Origin: Acidimicrobiia bacterium
Lineage (GTDB): Bacteria; Actinomycetota; Acidimicrobiia; Spongiisociales; UBA5794
DNA length: 64,000 nucleotides
Direction: 5' to 3'
Assembly (NCBI GenBank): GCA_036396535.1
Contig: DASWKR010000058.1
Location: 5,411-69,410 of the forward strand
The translations under genes were made by a program, and so were the position numbers. Below, piece by piece: positions 23,561-33,317 of this stretch (its first letter is position 1; each line of letters opens with the position of its first letter). The notes beneath the pieces are model-generated. The model saw only the letters and a list, made by a program, of their open reading frames with translations. It searched no databases and was not told the DNA's origin.

Positions 23561-23758
23561 ATGGTCGAGGTTCTCCTGGCTGGAGCGGTCATGACCGCAG
23601 GAGCGGTCGCGGTTGCCCGCCGCAGCTTGCCGAACGAGGTGTCGCGCAACACCTTCCACGGCGGCGCCGACGTGATCGATCTGCCGTGCCCGTGGTGCAA
23701 CGCGGCGACCCGCGAGGACGATCCTCGTTGCCCGAGCTGCGGGCAACGCTTCGGCTGA
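23561..23758 (+). CDS. small membrane-anchored zinc-ribbon protein
   Basis: GGAG RBS plus ATG; hydrophobic N-terminus; CPWC-x10-CPSC. Confidence 0.7.
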   Translation: MVEVLLAGAVMTAGAVAVARRSLPNEVSRNTFHGGADVIDLPCPWCNAATREDDPRCPSCGQRFG

Positions 23759-23795
23759 TCGACGCGGCGGCAACTCTGCGGGGCAGGGCGCGCCG

Positions 23796-24665
23796 TCAAC
23801 CCCGCTCGTACATGCAGTTCGTGAACACCGCACGGAACCCGAGGTCCCTGTACAGCCACATGGCCGCCTCGTTTGCGCCGTCGACGTAGAGCATCCCGAC
23901 CTCGGCGCCCTGGCGGTCGTGGAGGTCCGCAAGGCCGGCGAGCACGAGCGCCCTCCCGAGCCCGCCTCCCCGCGCCTCCGGGTGCACGCCCACGATGTAG
24001 ATCTCACCGACTCCGTCGCCGTGCAGCTTCGTCCAACACGATCCTGCGAGGACGTCGCCGTCCCACGCCATCACGACACCTCGGGGATCGAACCATGGCT
24101 GGGCGGTTCGCAGCGCCAGGTCCGCCAGGTCGATCGACCCATTCTCCTCGTGCCCTGCGAACGCCGCGTTGTTCGTGGCCAACCACGCCTCCTCGTCGAT
24201 CCCGGGACGGAACGTCGATGGCGTGATGTGCGAAGGCCAGTCCGGACCGGCTCCGATCGGAAGTGGACGCTCCAAGCGGTGCAAGGTCCGCGTGGCCGTG
24301 AATCCGGCCGCTGCCAGTAGACGCTGGGCCTCGCTCGTCCACGCCCACACGACGTACCTGGCGCCGCCGGGAACCTGTGCCACTGCGACCTCGAGGGCCT
24401 CGTGGAAGAGCTCGGCCCCCGGGGCGACTGCGATCTCGATCGCCCAGTGCTCGGCGCCGTCCGACTGGCGGTGCGGTGCCGCCTGGACGTACGCCGCCAC
24501 TGCGTCCCCTGCGACGGCGACCGACCCCCTGGACCTGTCGGGCCTGTCGACACGCAGCAACTTGTACTCGGTCAAGGCCGGCAAACCGTCCCTCGCCTCG
24601 ACCGCCGCCAGCAGCACATCCAGAGCGGTTCGGTGCTGCACCGGCTGATAGGCCTCCCACTCCAC
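23796..24665 (-). CDS. mshD: mycothiol synthase (tandem GNAT)
   Basis: TFRPGIDEEAWL..NNAAFAGHEENG, QPWFDP, CWTKLH, GEIYIVGVHP and LYVDGAN motifs. Confidence 0.88.
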   Translation of the reverse strand: MEWEAYQPVQHRTALDVLLAAVEARDGLPALTEYKLLRVDRPDRSRGSVAVAGDAVAAYVQAAPHRQSDGAEHWAIEIAVAPGAELFHEALEVAVAQVPGGARYVVWAWTSEAQRLLAAAGFTATRTLHRLERPLPIGAGPDWPSHITPSTFRPGIDEEAWLATNNAAFAGHEENGSIDLADLALRTAQPWFDPRGVVMAWDGDVLAGSCWTKLHGDGVGEIYIVGVHPEARGGGLGRALVLAGLADLHDRQGAEVGMLYVDGANEAAMWLYRDLGFRAVFTNCMYERG

Positions 24666-24732
24666 CGGCGCAACGATAGGAGAGGCGCGGCGCCGCCGAG
24701 GCGGACGATGGCCCTCCGCCAAGCGCGCCTCC

Positions 24733-24805
24733 GGCGCCCATCATGCGCGCCCCGGGCGCCCCATCACGCGCGCCCCGGGCGCCCCATCACGCGCGCCCCG
24801 GGCGC
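24733..24805. repeat. 23-bp intergenic tandem repeat, 3 copies (CATCACGCGCGCCCCGGGCGCCC)
   Basis: catca recurs at 24739, 24762 and 24785, between the divergent mshD and patatin genes. Confidence 0.92.
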
Positions 24806-24829
24806 GACGCCAACGTACACTGAGCCCTC

Positions 24830-25786
24830 GTGAGCAAGGTAGGGCTGGTTCTCGGAGGCGGTGGGATCACCGGTGCCTCCTATCACTTCGGGGCGCTGCT
24901 CGCCATCGAGATGGCAACCGGATGGGATCCTGCCCACGCCGACGTCATCGTCGGTACCTCGTCGGGAGCGTTCACGGCTGCCATGCTGCGCGGCGGCCAG
25001 CTGACCCTCGACACGCTCATCGGGAATGCGGCGACTCGCCAGGAGGTCTCGGACCGCCTGAGAGGCTACGTCTACCGCAGGGGACGCCCGCGCGGCGTCA
25101 TCCGCTGGCTCCGCAAGGGCGTGCTCCCGAGCATGGTGCGACCCGACGTCGGGATCGTGCTCGGCTGCCCGGCGTTGTACACGACGGACGGCCTCGTCGA
25201 ATGGGTCGAGCACGCCTTGGGCGATCTCGCCGATGGCTGGCCGAGCGCTCCCACCGTCATCGTCGCCTACGACCTCGACGGACGAAAGCGAGTCCCCTTC
25301 GGCACCGAACGGGCCCCGGAGGTCCCGCTGAAGATCGCGGTTGCCGCCTCGGCGGCCGTGCCATTCATCTTCGAGCCGGTCCGCATCGATGGCCGTTGGT
25401 ACGCAGACGGCGGCATCGCCACCGGGACGAGCGCCGACTTGGTGCTCGCCAGCCAGGAGCCGCTCGACGTCGTCCTCGTGATCGCCCCGCTGGCCGCCCT
25501 CGAGCCGCGACCGCACGCCCGGTTCTACGAGGACGTCTTCGATCGGCTCGGAAGGACCGCGCTCGACGCCGAGCTCGAGAAGATCAGGACCGCCTGGCCG
25601 GACACGGACATCGTCGTGCTGCGACCGGATGAGCACGTCCTGTCGGCGGCCCGGCCCAATCCGATGTCACTGGACGCCGCCGTCCCGGCTTTCCTGAGGA
25701 CGCTGCGCTCGTTACGTGACCACCTCGGCTCAGCCGAAACTTGGGACGTGCTCAGCCGCCACCTGGTCCGAGATCGGGTGCGCTGA
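24830..25786 (+). CDS. patatin-like phospholipase
   Basis: LVLGGGG, GTSSG nucleophile and DGG motifs. Confidence 0.92.
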   Translation: MSKVGLVLGGGGITGASYHFGALLAIEMATGWDPAHADVIVGTSSGAFTAAMLRGGQLTLDTLIGNAATRQEVSDRLRGYVYRRGRPRGVIRWLRKGVLPSMVRPDVGIVLGCPALYTTDGLVEWVEHALGDLADGWPSAPTVIVAYDLDGRKRVPFGTERAPEVPLKIAVAASAAVPFIFEPVRIDGRWYADGGIATGTSADLVLASQEPLDVVLVIAPLAALEPRPHARFYEDVFDRLGRTALDAELEKIRTAWPDTDIVVLRPDEHVLSAARPNPMSLDAAVPAFLRTLRSLRDHLGSAETWDVLSRHLVRDRVR

Positions 25787-25788
25787 GC

Positions 25789-26475
25789 CTACGCGGGCAC
25801 CTTGACCGAGCGGAGTTGGTCGAGGAGCAGGTCGACGGCCTGCCCCATGTCGATGCCTCGCGGCATCCTCGCTCCCCCGCCGAGCCTGACCGTATGCCGG
25901 TCTTCGTCGAGCTCCACGATGGCGTCGGCCTCCACCGTGGCGGCGGTGTCGATCACGGAGTCGGGGTCGGCAAGCATGTCGCGCAGCCTGACTCCTCCTG
26001 CGTCGACTGGAGCCTGGGCGAGGTCGCCCTGGGCCATCGTGCGCAGCACGTCCTCGGTCTGCCGCACGACGCCACGCAGATGCTCAGCCCTCCGCTGTAT
26101 CCGGGTGTACTCGTCGCGGGCCGAGTCGAGGAACTCCTCGGCGTCGTTGCGCGACTGGTCGAGTAGCTGCAGCGCCTCGCGCCTGGCACGGCCGACGATC
26201 AACTCGGCCTCTTCCCGAGCCTTCGAGACCGCCTCGTTCCTGGAGCGCGACGCCGTGAGGACCGCCTCCTCGAGGCGATCACCGGAGCTGCGGAACTCCT
26301 CGAGCTCCTTCTCGACGCGACTGAGCCGTGCCCTCGCCTCCATGAGCGAGCGGTGCTGGTCGGCGATGACGAACGAGACCTCGTTCAGGTAGGCGTGGAC
26401 GGCCTCAGGGTCGTAACCGCCCTTCTTCATGACGTCGAAGCGCTTGCGCCTGATGTCGGAAGGGGTCACGTCCAC
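25789..26475 (-). CDS. DivIVA domain coiled-coil protein
   Basis: TPSDIRRKRF...GYDPEAVHAYL DivIVA N-domain followed by coiled coil; AGGAGAG RBS. Confidence 0.82.
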   Translation of the reverse strand: MDVTPSDIRRKRFDVMKKGGYDPEAVHAYLNEVSFVIADQHRSLMEARARLSRVEKELEEFRSSGDRLEEAVLTASRSRNEAVSKAREEAELIVGRARREALQLLDQSRNDAEEFLDSARDEYTRIQRRAEHLRGVVRQTEDVLRTMAQGDLAQAPVDAGGVRLRDMLADPDSVIDTAATVEADAIVELDEDRHTVRLGGGARMPRGIDMGQAVDLLLDQLRSVKVPA

Positions 26476-26777
26476 GCCTGCTCTCCTGTCGTCGGAGGCG
26501 GCGAGCACGCCGCCGCTCGGTCTTCGTCGCCTTCCCGGCCTCAAACAGCGCCCTACCGACTGAGCGTCAGTGTATGGCTACTTTGCGTGGCACGTCAATA
26601 GTCACCGAAACATAGTTGACCGCGAGTGAACCCTGGTGAGGAAGTCCGATAGACCAAATTGGGTCGGCCGACCCGTTGCCGGATCGTCGATTCTGCCGAT
26701 ACCTTCGAGATGCGGCACCAGCCGCCGACAAGCAACCGTTGTGGGCTCCCGTTGCCCACAGTGAGGGAACAGGCCAG

Positions 26778-26963
26778 ATGAACCTCGCAACTCGACTCTT
26801 CAGCACTCTGCAGGCCCGGATGCGGGCTGAGGACGGGGCGAGCCTCGTCGAATACGCATTCCTCGTTGCCCTGATCGCCATCGTCGCGGTGGTCGCCGTG
26901 GCCTTCTTCGGCCAGCGACTCTCCAACTCCTACAACTCGATCGCGACCGCGCCGGGCTGGTAG
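26778..26963 (+). CDS. Flp family type IVb pilin
   Basis: EDG/ASLVEYAFLVALIAIVAVVAV Flp motif (G-1, E+5, Y+6); 61 aa. Confidence 0.9.
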   Translation: MNLATRLFSTLQARMRAEDGASLVEYAFLVALIAIVAVVAVAFFGQRLSNSYNSIATAPGW

Positions 26964-27000
26964 GAGATCGCCGGCGAGAGGGCCCCCGCCCCGCTCGGCT

Positions 27001-28362
27001 CTATGTGACGACGGGCACCTTCGCCATCGCCTCGACCACCCTCGCCTCCGGGTAGTCGTAGTCCACGAGCTCCCCACCCAGATAGGCCTCGTACGCCGCC
27101 AGGTCGAAATGGCCGTGGCCGCACATGGCCGTCAGGATGACGGTCTCCTCCCCGGATTCCCGTGCCCGCTCGGCCTCGCGAATGGCAGCCGCGATCGCAT
27201 GGGACGGCTCCGGGGCAGGCAGGATGCCCTCCGTCCTGGCGAATCGAACGGCGGCGTCGAAACACTCGTTCTGGTGGATGGCCTCAGCCTCGACGAGGCC
27301 GAGCTCGTACAGATGCGAGACGAGGGGGGCCATCCCGTGATAGCGGAGTCCACCGGCGTGGATCGGATCCGGGATGAAATCGTGTCCGAGGGTGTGCATC
27401 TTCACGAGCGGCGTCATCCCCATCGTGTCGCCGAAGTCGTACCGGTACTCGCCCCTCGTCAGAGAGGGGCAGGCGGCCGGCTCGACGCAGCGGATCGTCG
27501 GGGCGATGTTGCCGGCGAGCTTCTCGCGCAAGAACGGGAAGGACAGCCCCGCGAAGTTCGACCCGCCACCGGTGCATCCGACGAGAACGTCCGGCGTATC
27601 GCCCACCTTTGCGAACTGCAGCAAGGCCTCCTCGCCGATGATCGTCTGGTGCATGAGCACATGGTTGAGGACGCTGCCGAGGGAATATTTCGTGCCCTCG
27701 CCCATCACCGCCGCCTCGACGGCCTCGCTGATAGCGATACCGAGGCTCCCGGGCGATTCCGGGTCCAGCGCTCTGATCTTGCGGCCGGCCTCGGTGACGT
27801 CCGAGGGGCTCGAGTGAACGGTGGCGCCCCAGACCTCCATCATCGTCTTGCGGTACGGCTTCTGCTGGTACGAGGCGGCAACCTGCCAGACCTCGCACTC
27901 GAGGCCGAACAGGGCGCAGGCGAAGGCGAGGGCGCTCCCCCACTGGCCCGCCCCGGTCTCGGTGGTGAGCTTGCGCACCCCTTCGCGAGCGTTGTAGAAC
28001 GCCTGCGGCACCGCCGTGTTGGGCTTGTGCGATCCGGCAGGGCTCACACCCTCGTACTTGTAGTAGATGCGCGCCGGGGTATCGAGGGCCCGCTCCAGAC
28101 GGTGGGCGCGGTACAGAGGCGAGGGCCTCCACAGCCTGTACACATCGAGCACCTCGCCCGGGATGTCGACGAAGCGGTCCGGGCTCACCTCCTGGAGGAT
28201 GAGCGCCATCGGGAAGAGTGGAGCGAGGTCATCAGGGCCAACCGGCTGCAGCGTTCCCGGGTGCAGCACAGGAGGCGGCGGCGCCGGCAGGTCCGGCACG
28301 ATGTTGTACCACTGCGTCGGCATCTCACTCTCGTCGAGCAGGATCTTCGTGCGCTCGGTCAT
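27001..28362 (-). CDS. TrpB-like PLP-dependent enzyme (TrpB2)
   Basis: [42 protein letters not shown] and HAGGLRYHG motifs. Confidence 0.94.
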   Translation of the reverse strand: MTERTKILLDESEMPTQWYNIVPDLPAPPPPVLHPGTLQPVGPDDLAPLFPMALILQEVSPDRFVDIPGEVLDVYRLWRPSPLYRAHRLERALDTPARIYYKYEGVSPAGSHKPNTAVPQAFYNAREGVRKLTTETGAGQWGSALAFACALFGLECEVWQVAASYQQKPYRKTMMEVWGATVHSSPSDVTEAGRKIRALDPESPGSLGIAISEAVEAAVMGEGTKYSLGSVLNHVLMHQTIIGEEALLQFAKVGDTPDVLVGCTGGGSNFAGLSFPFLREKLAGNIAPTIRCVEPAACPSLTRGEYRYDFGDTMGMTPLVKMHTLGHDFIPDPIHAGGLRYHGMAPLVSHLYELGLVEAEAIHQNECFDAAVRFARTEGILPAPEPSHAIAAAIREAERARESGEETVILTAMCGHGHFDLAAYEAYLGGELVDYDYPEARVVEAMAKVPVVT

Positions 28363-28456
28363 CGGGTGCCCTCCAAGCGGATGCGGGAGGCCAGACTACG
28401 GGAGGGCACCGTCCTCCCGCCACGTGCCGGACCGGGATCCACGCCGACGGAGACGC

Positions 28457-29614
28457 TCAGGCGGGCGGCTCGGCCCGGCGCGAGATCGTATACGCCTCGT
28501 CGAAGAACCAGACGCCGCGATACTTGTCGATCACATTCCTCGTCGCCTCGATGTAGCGCCCGCTGGACACCGCCTCTCCGAGGCGCACCTCGTCGATCTG
28601 GGCCACGTATGCGGCTGCGTTCCAAGCAGCGAGGATCGAGCTCGTCCCGATGTGCTCCTCTGCCTCCGAAGGCATCGCATGGAGGTCGTACCGGAACACC
28701 GCTTCCTCGTCTGTCGAGTCGTGGAACTCGTAGCCGGCTGCCTCGCTGCCGAGCAGCCGGCGAGCCGCTCCGATGATCTCCTTGCGCCCGTTGTCGAACG
28801 GGTTCTCGTCGGGCCACACGCCCCTGATGATCTCGAGGCCCGGATCGTGGCCGTATGCGTGCACCGTCACCAGCCGGCCCCCCGGTGCGAGGGCGCTCAC
28901 CATCGGCACGACGACGAGGCGCGCCTTGCGGTCTGGGGGTGTGCGCGCCCGGTATGGATGCGAGGCGATGACGAGGTCGTAGCCATCCTCGGTTCGATCC
29001 GGCCTCGGGATCAGCGGGTCGAGGATGAACTGCCTGTCCCGGCGGTGCAGGACGACGACGGTCGGCTGCATGTACTTCGGATTCCCCGACGCCCTGTCCG
29101 TCTCGACCTTCCAGTCGGCTGCCAACGTGGGATACAACGCCCTGATCTGACCGGCGAAGTCGTGGGTCGTCCCACCCTCGAGTGGAACGTGCCGCCACGT
29201 CACGGGGCGGCCCTGGTTCTCGCCCCGCGGCGTGAAGGACGGGGCTTCGCCGTAGTTCATGTTCGTGACCACGAACACCATCTCAGGGTGCTCGTAGAGG
29301 CGGTCGGGCAGGCGTTCGAGTGCCTGGCGAACGTCCTCGATGCTGATCTCCTTGCCGACGACGAGCCAAGGGATGTGGGTGAACTGCCGGTGCATGCCGC
29401 GCATCACGTACGAGAGGACGGAGGCGTCGCCCATGCCGGCGTCGAGGACCCGCAGGCCGTGGCGCCCAGGGCCGATGTGGTCGAGCTCTTCGCCAACCCG
29501 CGCCGCCACCGTCGCCTTCTCCGTCGTCGTCGTGACGAACATCATGTAGGCCGCTCGGCTGTCGAAGAACCGGGTCGCGGCGCGGCGCAGGCCGCTCTTG
29601 CCGTCCGAGGTCAC
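28457..29614 (-). CDS. conserved hypothetical protein, class I SAM-dependent methyltransferase-like
   Basis: VLDAGMGDA motif I and VGKEISIEDV acidic motif II. Confidence 0.72.
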   Translation of the reverse strand: MTSDGKSGLRRAATRFFDSRAAYMMFVTTTTEKATVAARVGEELDHIGPGRHGLRVLDAGMGDASVLSYVMRGMHRQFTHIPWLVVGKEISIEDVRQALERLPDRLYEHPEMVFVVTNMNYGEAPSFTPRGENQGRPVTWRHVPLEGGTTHDFAGQIRALYPTLAADWKVETDRASGNPKYMQPTVVVLHRRDRQFILDPLIPRPDRTEDGYDLVIASHPYRARTPPDRKARLVVVPMVSALAPGGRLVTVHAYGHDPGLEIIRGVWPDENPFDNGRKEIIGAARRLLGSEAAGYEFHDSTDEEAVFRYDLHAMPSEAEEHIGTSSILAAWNAAAYVAQIDEVRLGEAVSSGRYIEATRNVIDKYRGVWFFDEAYTISRRAEPPA

Positions 29615-29697
29615 ACGGCCAACGTAACACGAGTCGTTGTGCGAAAGGCGTGTCGTGACCAACCTGGCGGCGACGACCACCAGGAGGCTGCATCTCC

Positions 29698-30807
29698 GTG
29701 ACGAGCGAAACGACGATCCGGGCGACCGGGCGCGACGCTTACGTCGACTTCCTGCGCGCCTTCTCGCTCGTCATCGTCGTCGTGTGGCATTGGGTATTCA
29801 CGATCCTCGAGGTGTCTCCGACGACCGTGTCGCCTTCGAACCCGATCGGCTTCACGCGTGGGATGTGGGCGGCCACCTGGGTCTTGCAGGTGATGCCCGT
29901 CTTCTTCTTCGTCGGCGGCTTCACCCACCGTCTGGCTTTCGACCACTACACGCCGGGGACGTCGCGGCGATTCCTGAAGCGGCGGATCCAGCGCCTCCTG
30001 GCACCGGCCCTCGGGCTCGTCGCCGTCTGGATCGGCGTCGGCTTCCTGCTCCGGATGTTGGTCGGGGGCCAGTGGATCTGGCCGGCCGTGATCCTCGTGC
30101 TCTCCCCGCTGTGGTTCCTGGTGGTGTACCTCGTGCTCGTGGCGATCGCCCCGGTGGCGGTTCGAGCCCACTGGCGGTGGGGTGAGCTGGTGATCGTCTG
30201 GCTCATCGGGCTCGCTGCCGTGCTGGACGTGCTCCGCTTCGCCCACGAGCAGGGGTGGGCGGCGTGGGTCAACTTCATCGTGATCTGGGGCCTCGCCCAC
30301 CAGCTCGGGTTCTTCTACGACAAGCTCGCCGCGGCCCCGCGCCGGGTCGGCTGGATGTTCGCCTGGTCGGGGTTCTTCGCGCTGGTTGCGCTGACGAACA
30401 TGGGTTTCTACCCCCGCTCGGTGGTGGGCGTGCCCGGGGAGCGCTTCTCGAACATGGGACCACCCACGCTGGCGATCGTCGCCTTGATCCTCCTCCAGGT
30501 CGGACTGGTGCTGCTGCTTCGAGAGTGGGTGCTCGGGCGGCTGGCCACGAGCGCCGCCTGGCAGCGGACCGCAGCCTGGGTGAATGCGAACGCCCTCGCC
30601 CTCTACCTCTTCCACACGACGGCGATGGCCGCCGTGGTGGCAGTCGCCTTCGTGGCCTTCGGGTACCGGCCGCCTTCGCAGCCGACCGCACATTGGTGGC
30701 TCACGAGGCCGTTGTGGCTGATCGGGCCGGCGCTGGCGACGCTCCCCTTCCTGGCTCTCTACGGGAAGCTCGGCTCCCGCCAAGGCGCCTCCGAGCGGCT
30801 CGAGTAG
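29698..30807 (+). CDS. acyltransferase family 3 membrane protein
   Basis: RDAYVDFLRA, VVWHW, QVMPVFFFVGG, PLWFL and SNMGPPT motifs; multiple TM segments. Confidence 0.88.
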   Translation: MTSETTIRATGRDAYVDFLRAFSLVIVVVWHWVFTILEVSPTTVSPSNPIGFTRGMWAATWVLQVMPVFFFVGGFTHRLAFDHYTPGTSRRFLKRRIQRLLAPALGLVAVWIGVGFLLRMLVGGQWIWPAVILVLSPLWFLVVYLVLVAIAPVAVRAHWRWGELVIVWLIGLAAVLDVLRFAHEQGWAAWVNFIVIWGLAHQLGFFYDKLAAAPRRVGWMFAWSGFFALVALTNMGFYPRSVVGVPGERFSNMGPPTLAIVALILLQVGLVLLLREWVLGRLATSAAWQRTAAWVNANALALYLFHTTAMAAVVAVAFVAFGYRPPSQPTAHWWLTRPLWLIGPALATLPFLALYGKLGSRQGASERLE

Positions 30808-30851
30808 GTTCGGGGAGTGGGTTCGCCGCCATGCCGGACCGGCGGCGCCAA

Positions 30852-31754
30852 CTAGCCGAGCTTGGCTCCCAGCCAGTCGATGACGTGGCCGACGGCCTGG
30901 TGCTGCACGACGTCGACCTCGTACGCTCCGTCCGGTCCCCGCATCGGGAACACGTAGCCGTGGAGCGGATGGTCGTACGACACCCACTCGACGTCCTTGC
31001 CCGCCTCGGCGAGTAGCTCGTAGCTCGTGCGGAAGATGCCTTGCAGGTGGTCTTCCTCCCGGCCCATGACGAGGATCGGAGTGTCGATGGTGGCGATCCG
31101 CTTGGCGGCGATATCCATGTCGATCCTTCGCCTGACCTTGTCGACCTCTGCCATCTGCATGTCCTCGATGTTCCGCAGGCGTGTCTCCTGGTTCACGAAC
31201 GCCGTGTCGTCCGGGGTGAGGGCGAGGAACTCATGGGCGGCGGGCTCGGAAGCGACCGCGGCCCGCACGCCGTCGTACTCCGAGGTGATCTTCAGCACCA
31301 TCTCCCCTCCGTGGCTCATGCCGATGAGCCCGACCCTGTCTGCGTCGATCTCTCGAAGCGACTTGAGGTGATCGACGATGGCGATCTCGTCCTCGTACTC
31401 GAGCGGTGAGCGGTTGAACAGGCCTCTCCCCTGCCGCATGTCGCGCACCAGAGGGCCTCCGTTGTGGTAGCCGAGCTCGACCTCCGTCCGGTAGCGGATC
31501 CAGGCGCACGCCATACCGGCCTCGAGGAGGCGCTCCATGATCCATCCGCGGTTGGCGACGGCGTCGCGAATCCACGCCATCCCGCCGCCTCCGTTGCCGG
31601 ACGCCAGCACGACGACAGGATGCGGGCCACCCTCGGCGGGGACCCGAAGCCCGATCGGTGCGTACAGCCCGTCCCATACCTCGACGTAGGCGAGTCGCAC
31701 AGGGACGTCCGAGCCTGCGACAGGCTCGGTGACGGTCACATTCGCCGCGTCCAT
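30852..31754 (-). CDS. alpha/beta hydrolase (dienelactone hydrolase/S9-like)
   Basis: GLIGMSHGG nucleophile elbow, EDHL and C-terminal HGY. Confidence 0.82.
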   Translation of the reverse strand: MDAANVTVTEPVAGSDVPVRLAYVEVWDGLYAPIGLRVPAEGGPHPVVVLASGNGGGGMAWIRDAVANRGWIMERLLEAGMACAWIRYRTEVELGYHNGGPLVRDMRQGRGLFNRSPLEYEDEIAIVDHLKSLREIDADRVGLIGMSHGGEMVLKITSEYDGVRAAVASEPAAHEFLALTPDDTAFVNQETRLRNIEDMQMAEVDKVRRRIDMDIAAKRIATIDTPILVMGREEDHLQGIFRTSYELLAEAGKDVEWVSYDHPLHGYVFPMRGPDGAYEVDVVQHQAVGHVIDWLGAKLG

Positions 31755-31924
31755 GGGTGACCTCCTCTCTCGATCGACCCGATTCGGCCCACGTCGCCTC
31801 GTGGCCGCGTACCACCGTCGGTGCCATCGCCGGCGACCGCCGCGTCCTGGTTGCCAACGTTTGCAGGCTACCTTGTGGCCGAGACGCGCCGGTGGGCGCC
31901 CGACGGAATATGGAGGATGCCGGC

Positions 31925-32320
31925 ATGTTGAACGACAAGGCGGTGGCGCTGGCGACGGGGCCCAACCTGGGAATGATCTCGACCGTCATGCCGAACGGTC
32001 ACATCCAGACGCAGCCGGTTTGGGTCGACTCGGACGGTGAGCACGTGCTCGTGAACACCGAGATCCACCGCCAGAAGATGAAGAACTTGAAGAAGCATCC
32101 GATGGTGACCGTCACGATCATGGATCACGACAACCACTGGAATTGGGTCGAGGTGCGGGGCAAGCTCGTCGACACGATCACTGGGACCGAGGCTCGCTCC
32201 CACATCGACAAGCTGGCCAAGAAGTACATGGGAGTCGACGACTACCCGAACCCCATCCAGTCGGAGCGAGTGATCCTCGTGATCGAGCCTGATCGGGTCT
32301 TCAGCTTCCCACCCGCCTGA
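31925..32320 (+). CDS. PPOX class F420-dependent oxidoreductase
   Basis: ISTVMPNG..QTQPVW, K.KNL..HP.V and WVEVRG motifs; GGAGG RBS. Confidence 0.9.
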   Translation: MLNDKAVALATGPNLGMISTVMPNGHIQTQPVWVDSDGEHVLVNTEIHRQKMKNLKKHPMVTVTIMDHDNHWNWVEVRGKLVDTITGTEARSHIDKLAKKYMGVDDYPNPIQSERVILVIEPDRVFSFPPA

Positions 32321-32345
32321 TGCGGACAGGAGAGAGGTAGCAGCA

Positions 32346-33311
32346 ATGCCGGCCGTCACCGTCGAGAGCACACTGACACTCCCCCGAGTGGACGAACCAG
32401 GGCTGGAGGCCGTCGAGCGTCCCGTCAAGTCGATCACGACCGCCCCCTCGGGCTTCGAGGGCGAGGGATTCCCCGTCCGCAGGGCGTTCGCAGGCGTCGA
32501 CATGGCAGACCTCGATCCCTTCATCCACCTCGACCAGATGGGCGAGGTGGACTACGCACCCGGTGAGCCGAAGGGGACGCCGTGGCACCCGCACCGTGGG
32601 TTCGAGACCGTCACCTACATGATCGACGGCACCTTCGAGCACCAGGACTCGGAAGGCGGCGGCGGCGTCATCACGAACGGCGACACCCAATGGATGACGG
32701 CAGGCTCCGGCCTGCTCCATATCGAGGCGCCGCCCGAGGCGCTCGTGATGAGCGGAGGGCTGTTTCACGGGTTCCAGTTGTGGGTCAACCTCCCCGCCCG
32801 GGACAAGTTCATCGCCCCCCGCTACCAGGACCTCAGGGGCGCCGAGGTCGTGCTGCTCACCTCGCCGGACGGCGGGGCCCTCGTCCGGCTCATCGCGGGC
32901 GACGTCGCCGGTCATCGCGGACCGGGCGACACCCACACGCCGATCACGATGATCCACGCCACCCTCAATGCCGGCTCGCGGCTGAGGTTGCCGTGGCGGC
33001 CCGAGTTCAACGCCCTGATCTACGTCCTCAACGGCAGTGGAACGTTCGGACCCGACGGCCGACCGGCGGGAACGGGCCAGCTCGTCGCGTTCGGCCCCGG
33101 CGACTCGGTCACGGTGACGGCCAACCGGCGCCAGGAGTCACGGAGCCCCGACATGGACGTCCTCGTGCTCGGCGGCAGGCCGATTGGCGAGCCGGTCGCC
33201 TGGCACGGGCCGTTCGTCATGAACACGAGAGACGAGCTCGTGCAGGCATTCGAGGACTTCAACGCCGGAAGGCTCGGCCGGATCCCTCCCCCGCAGGCCC
33301 GTCGCACGTAG
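32346..33311 (+). CDS. pirin family protein
   Basis: DPFIHLD, HPHRGFETVTY, QWMTAGSGLLHIE, QLWVNLP and GPFVMN motifs. Confidence 0.96.
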   Translation: MPAVTVESTLTLPRVDEPGLEAVERPVKSITTAPSGFEGEGFPVRRAFAGVDMADLDPFIHLDQMGEVDYAPGEPKGTPWHPHRGFETVTYMIDGTFEHQDSEGGGGVITNGDTQWMTAGSGLLHIEAPPEALVMSGGLFHGFQLWVNLPARDKFIAPRYQDLRGAEVVLLTSPDGGALVRLIAGDVAGHRGPGDTHTPITMIHATLNAGSRLRLPWRPEFNALIYVLNGSGTFGPDGRPAGTGQLVAFGPGDSVTVTANRRQESRSPDMDVLVLGGRPIGEPVAWHGPFVMNTRDELVQAFEDFNAGRLGRIPPPQARRT

Positions 33312-33317
33312 GACCCT

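Noticed and set aside
24733-24805. Possible CRISPR array
   Set aside because: Repeats are contiguous with no spacers, and there are no cas genes
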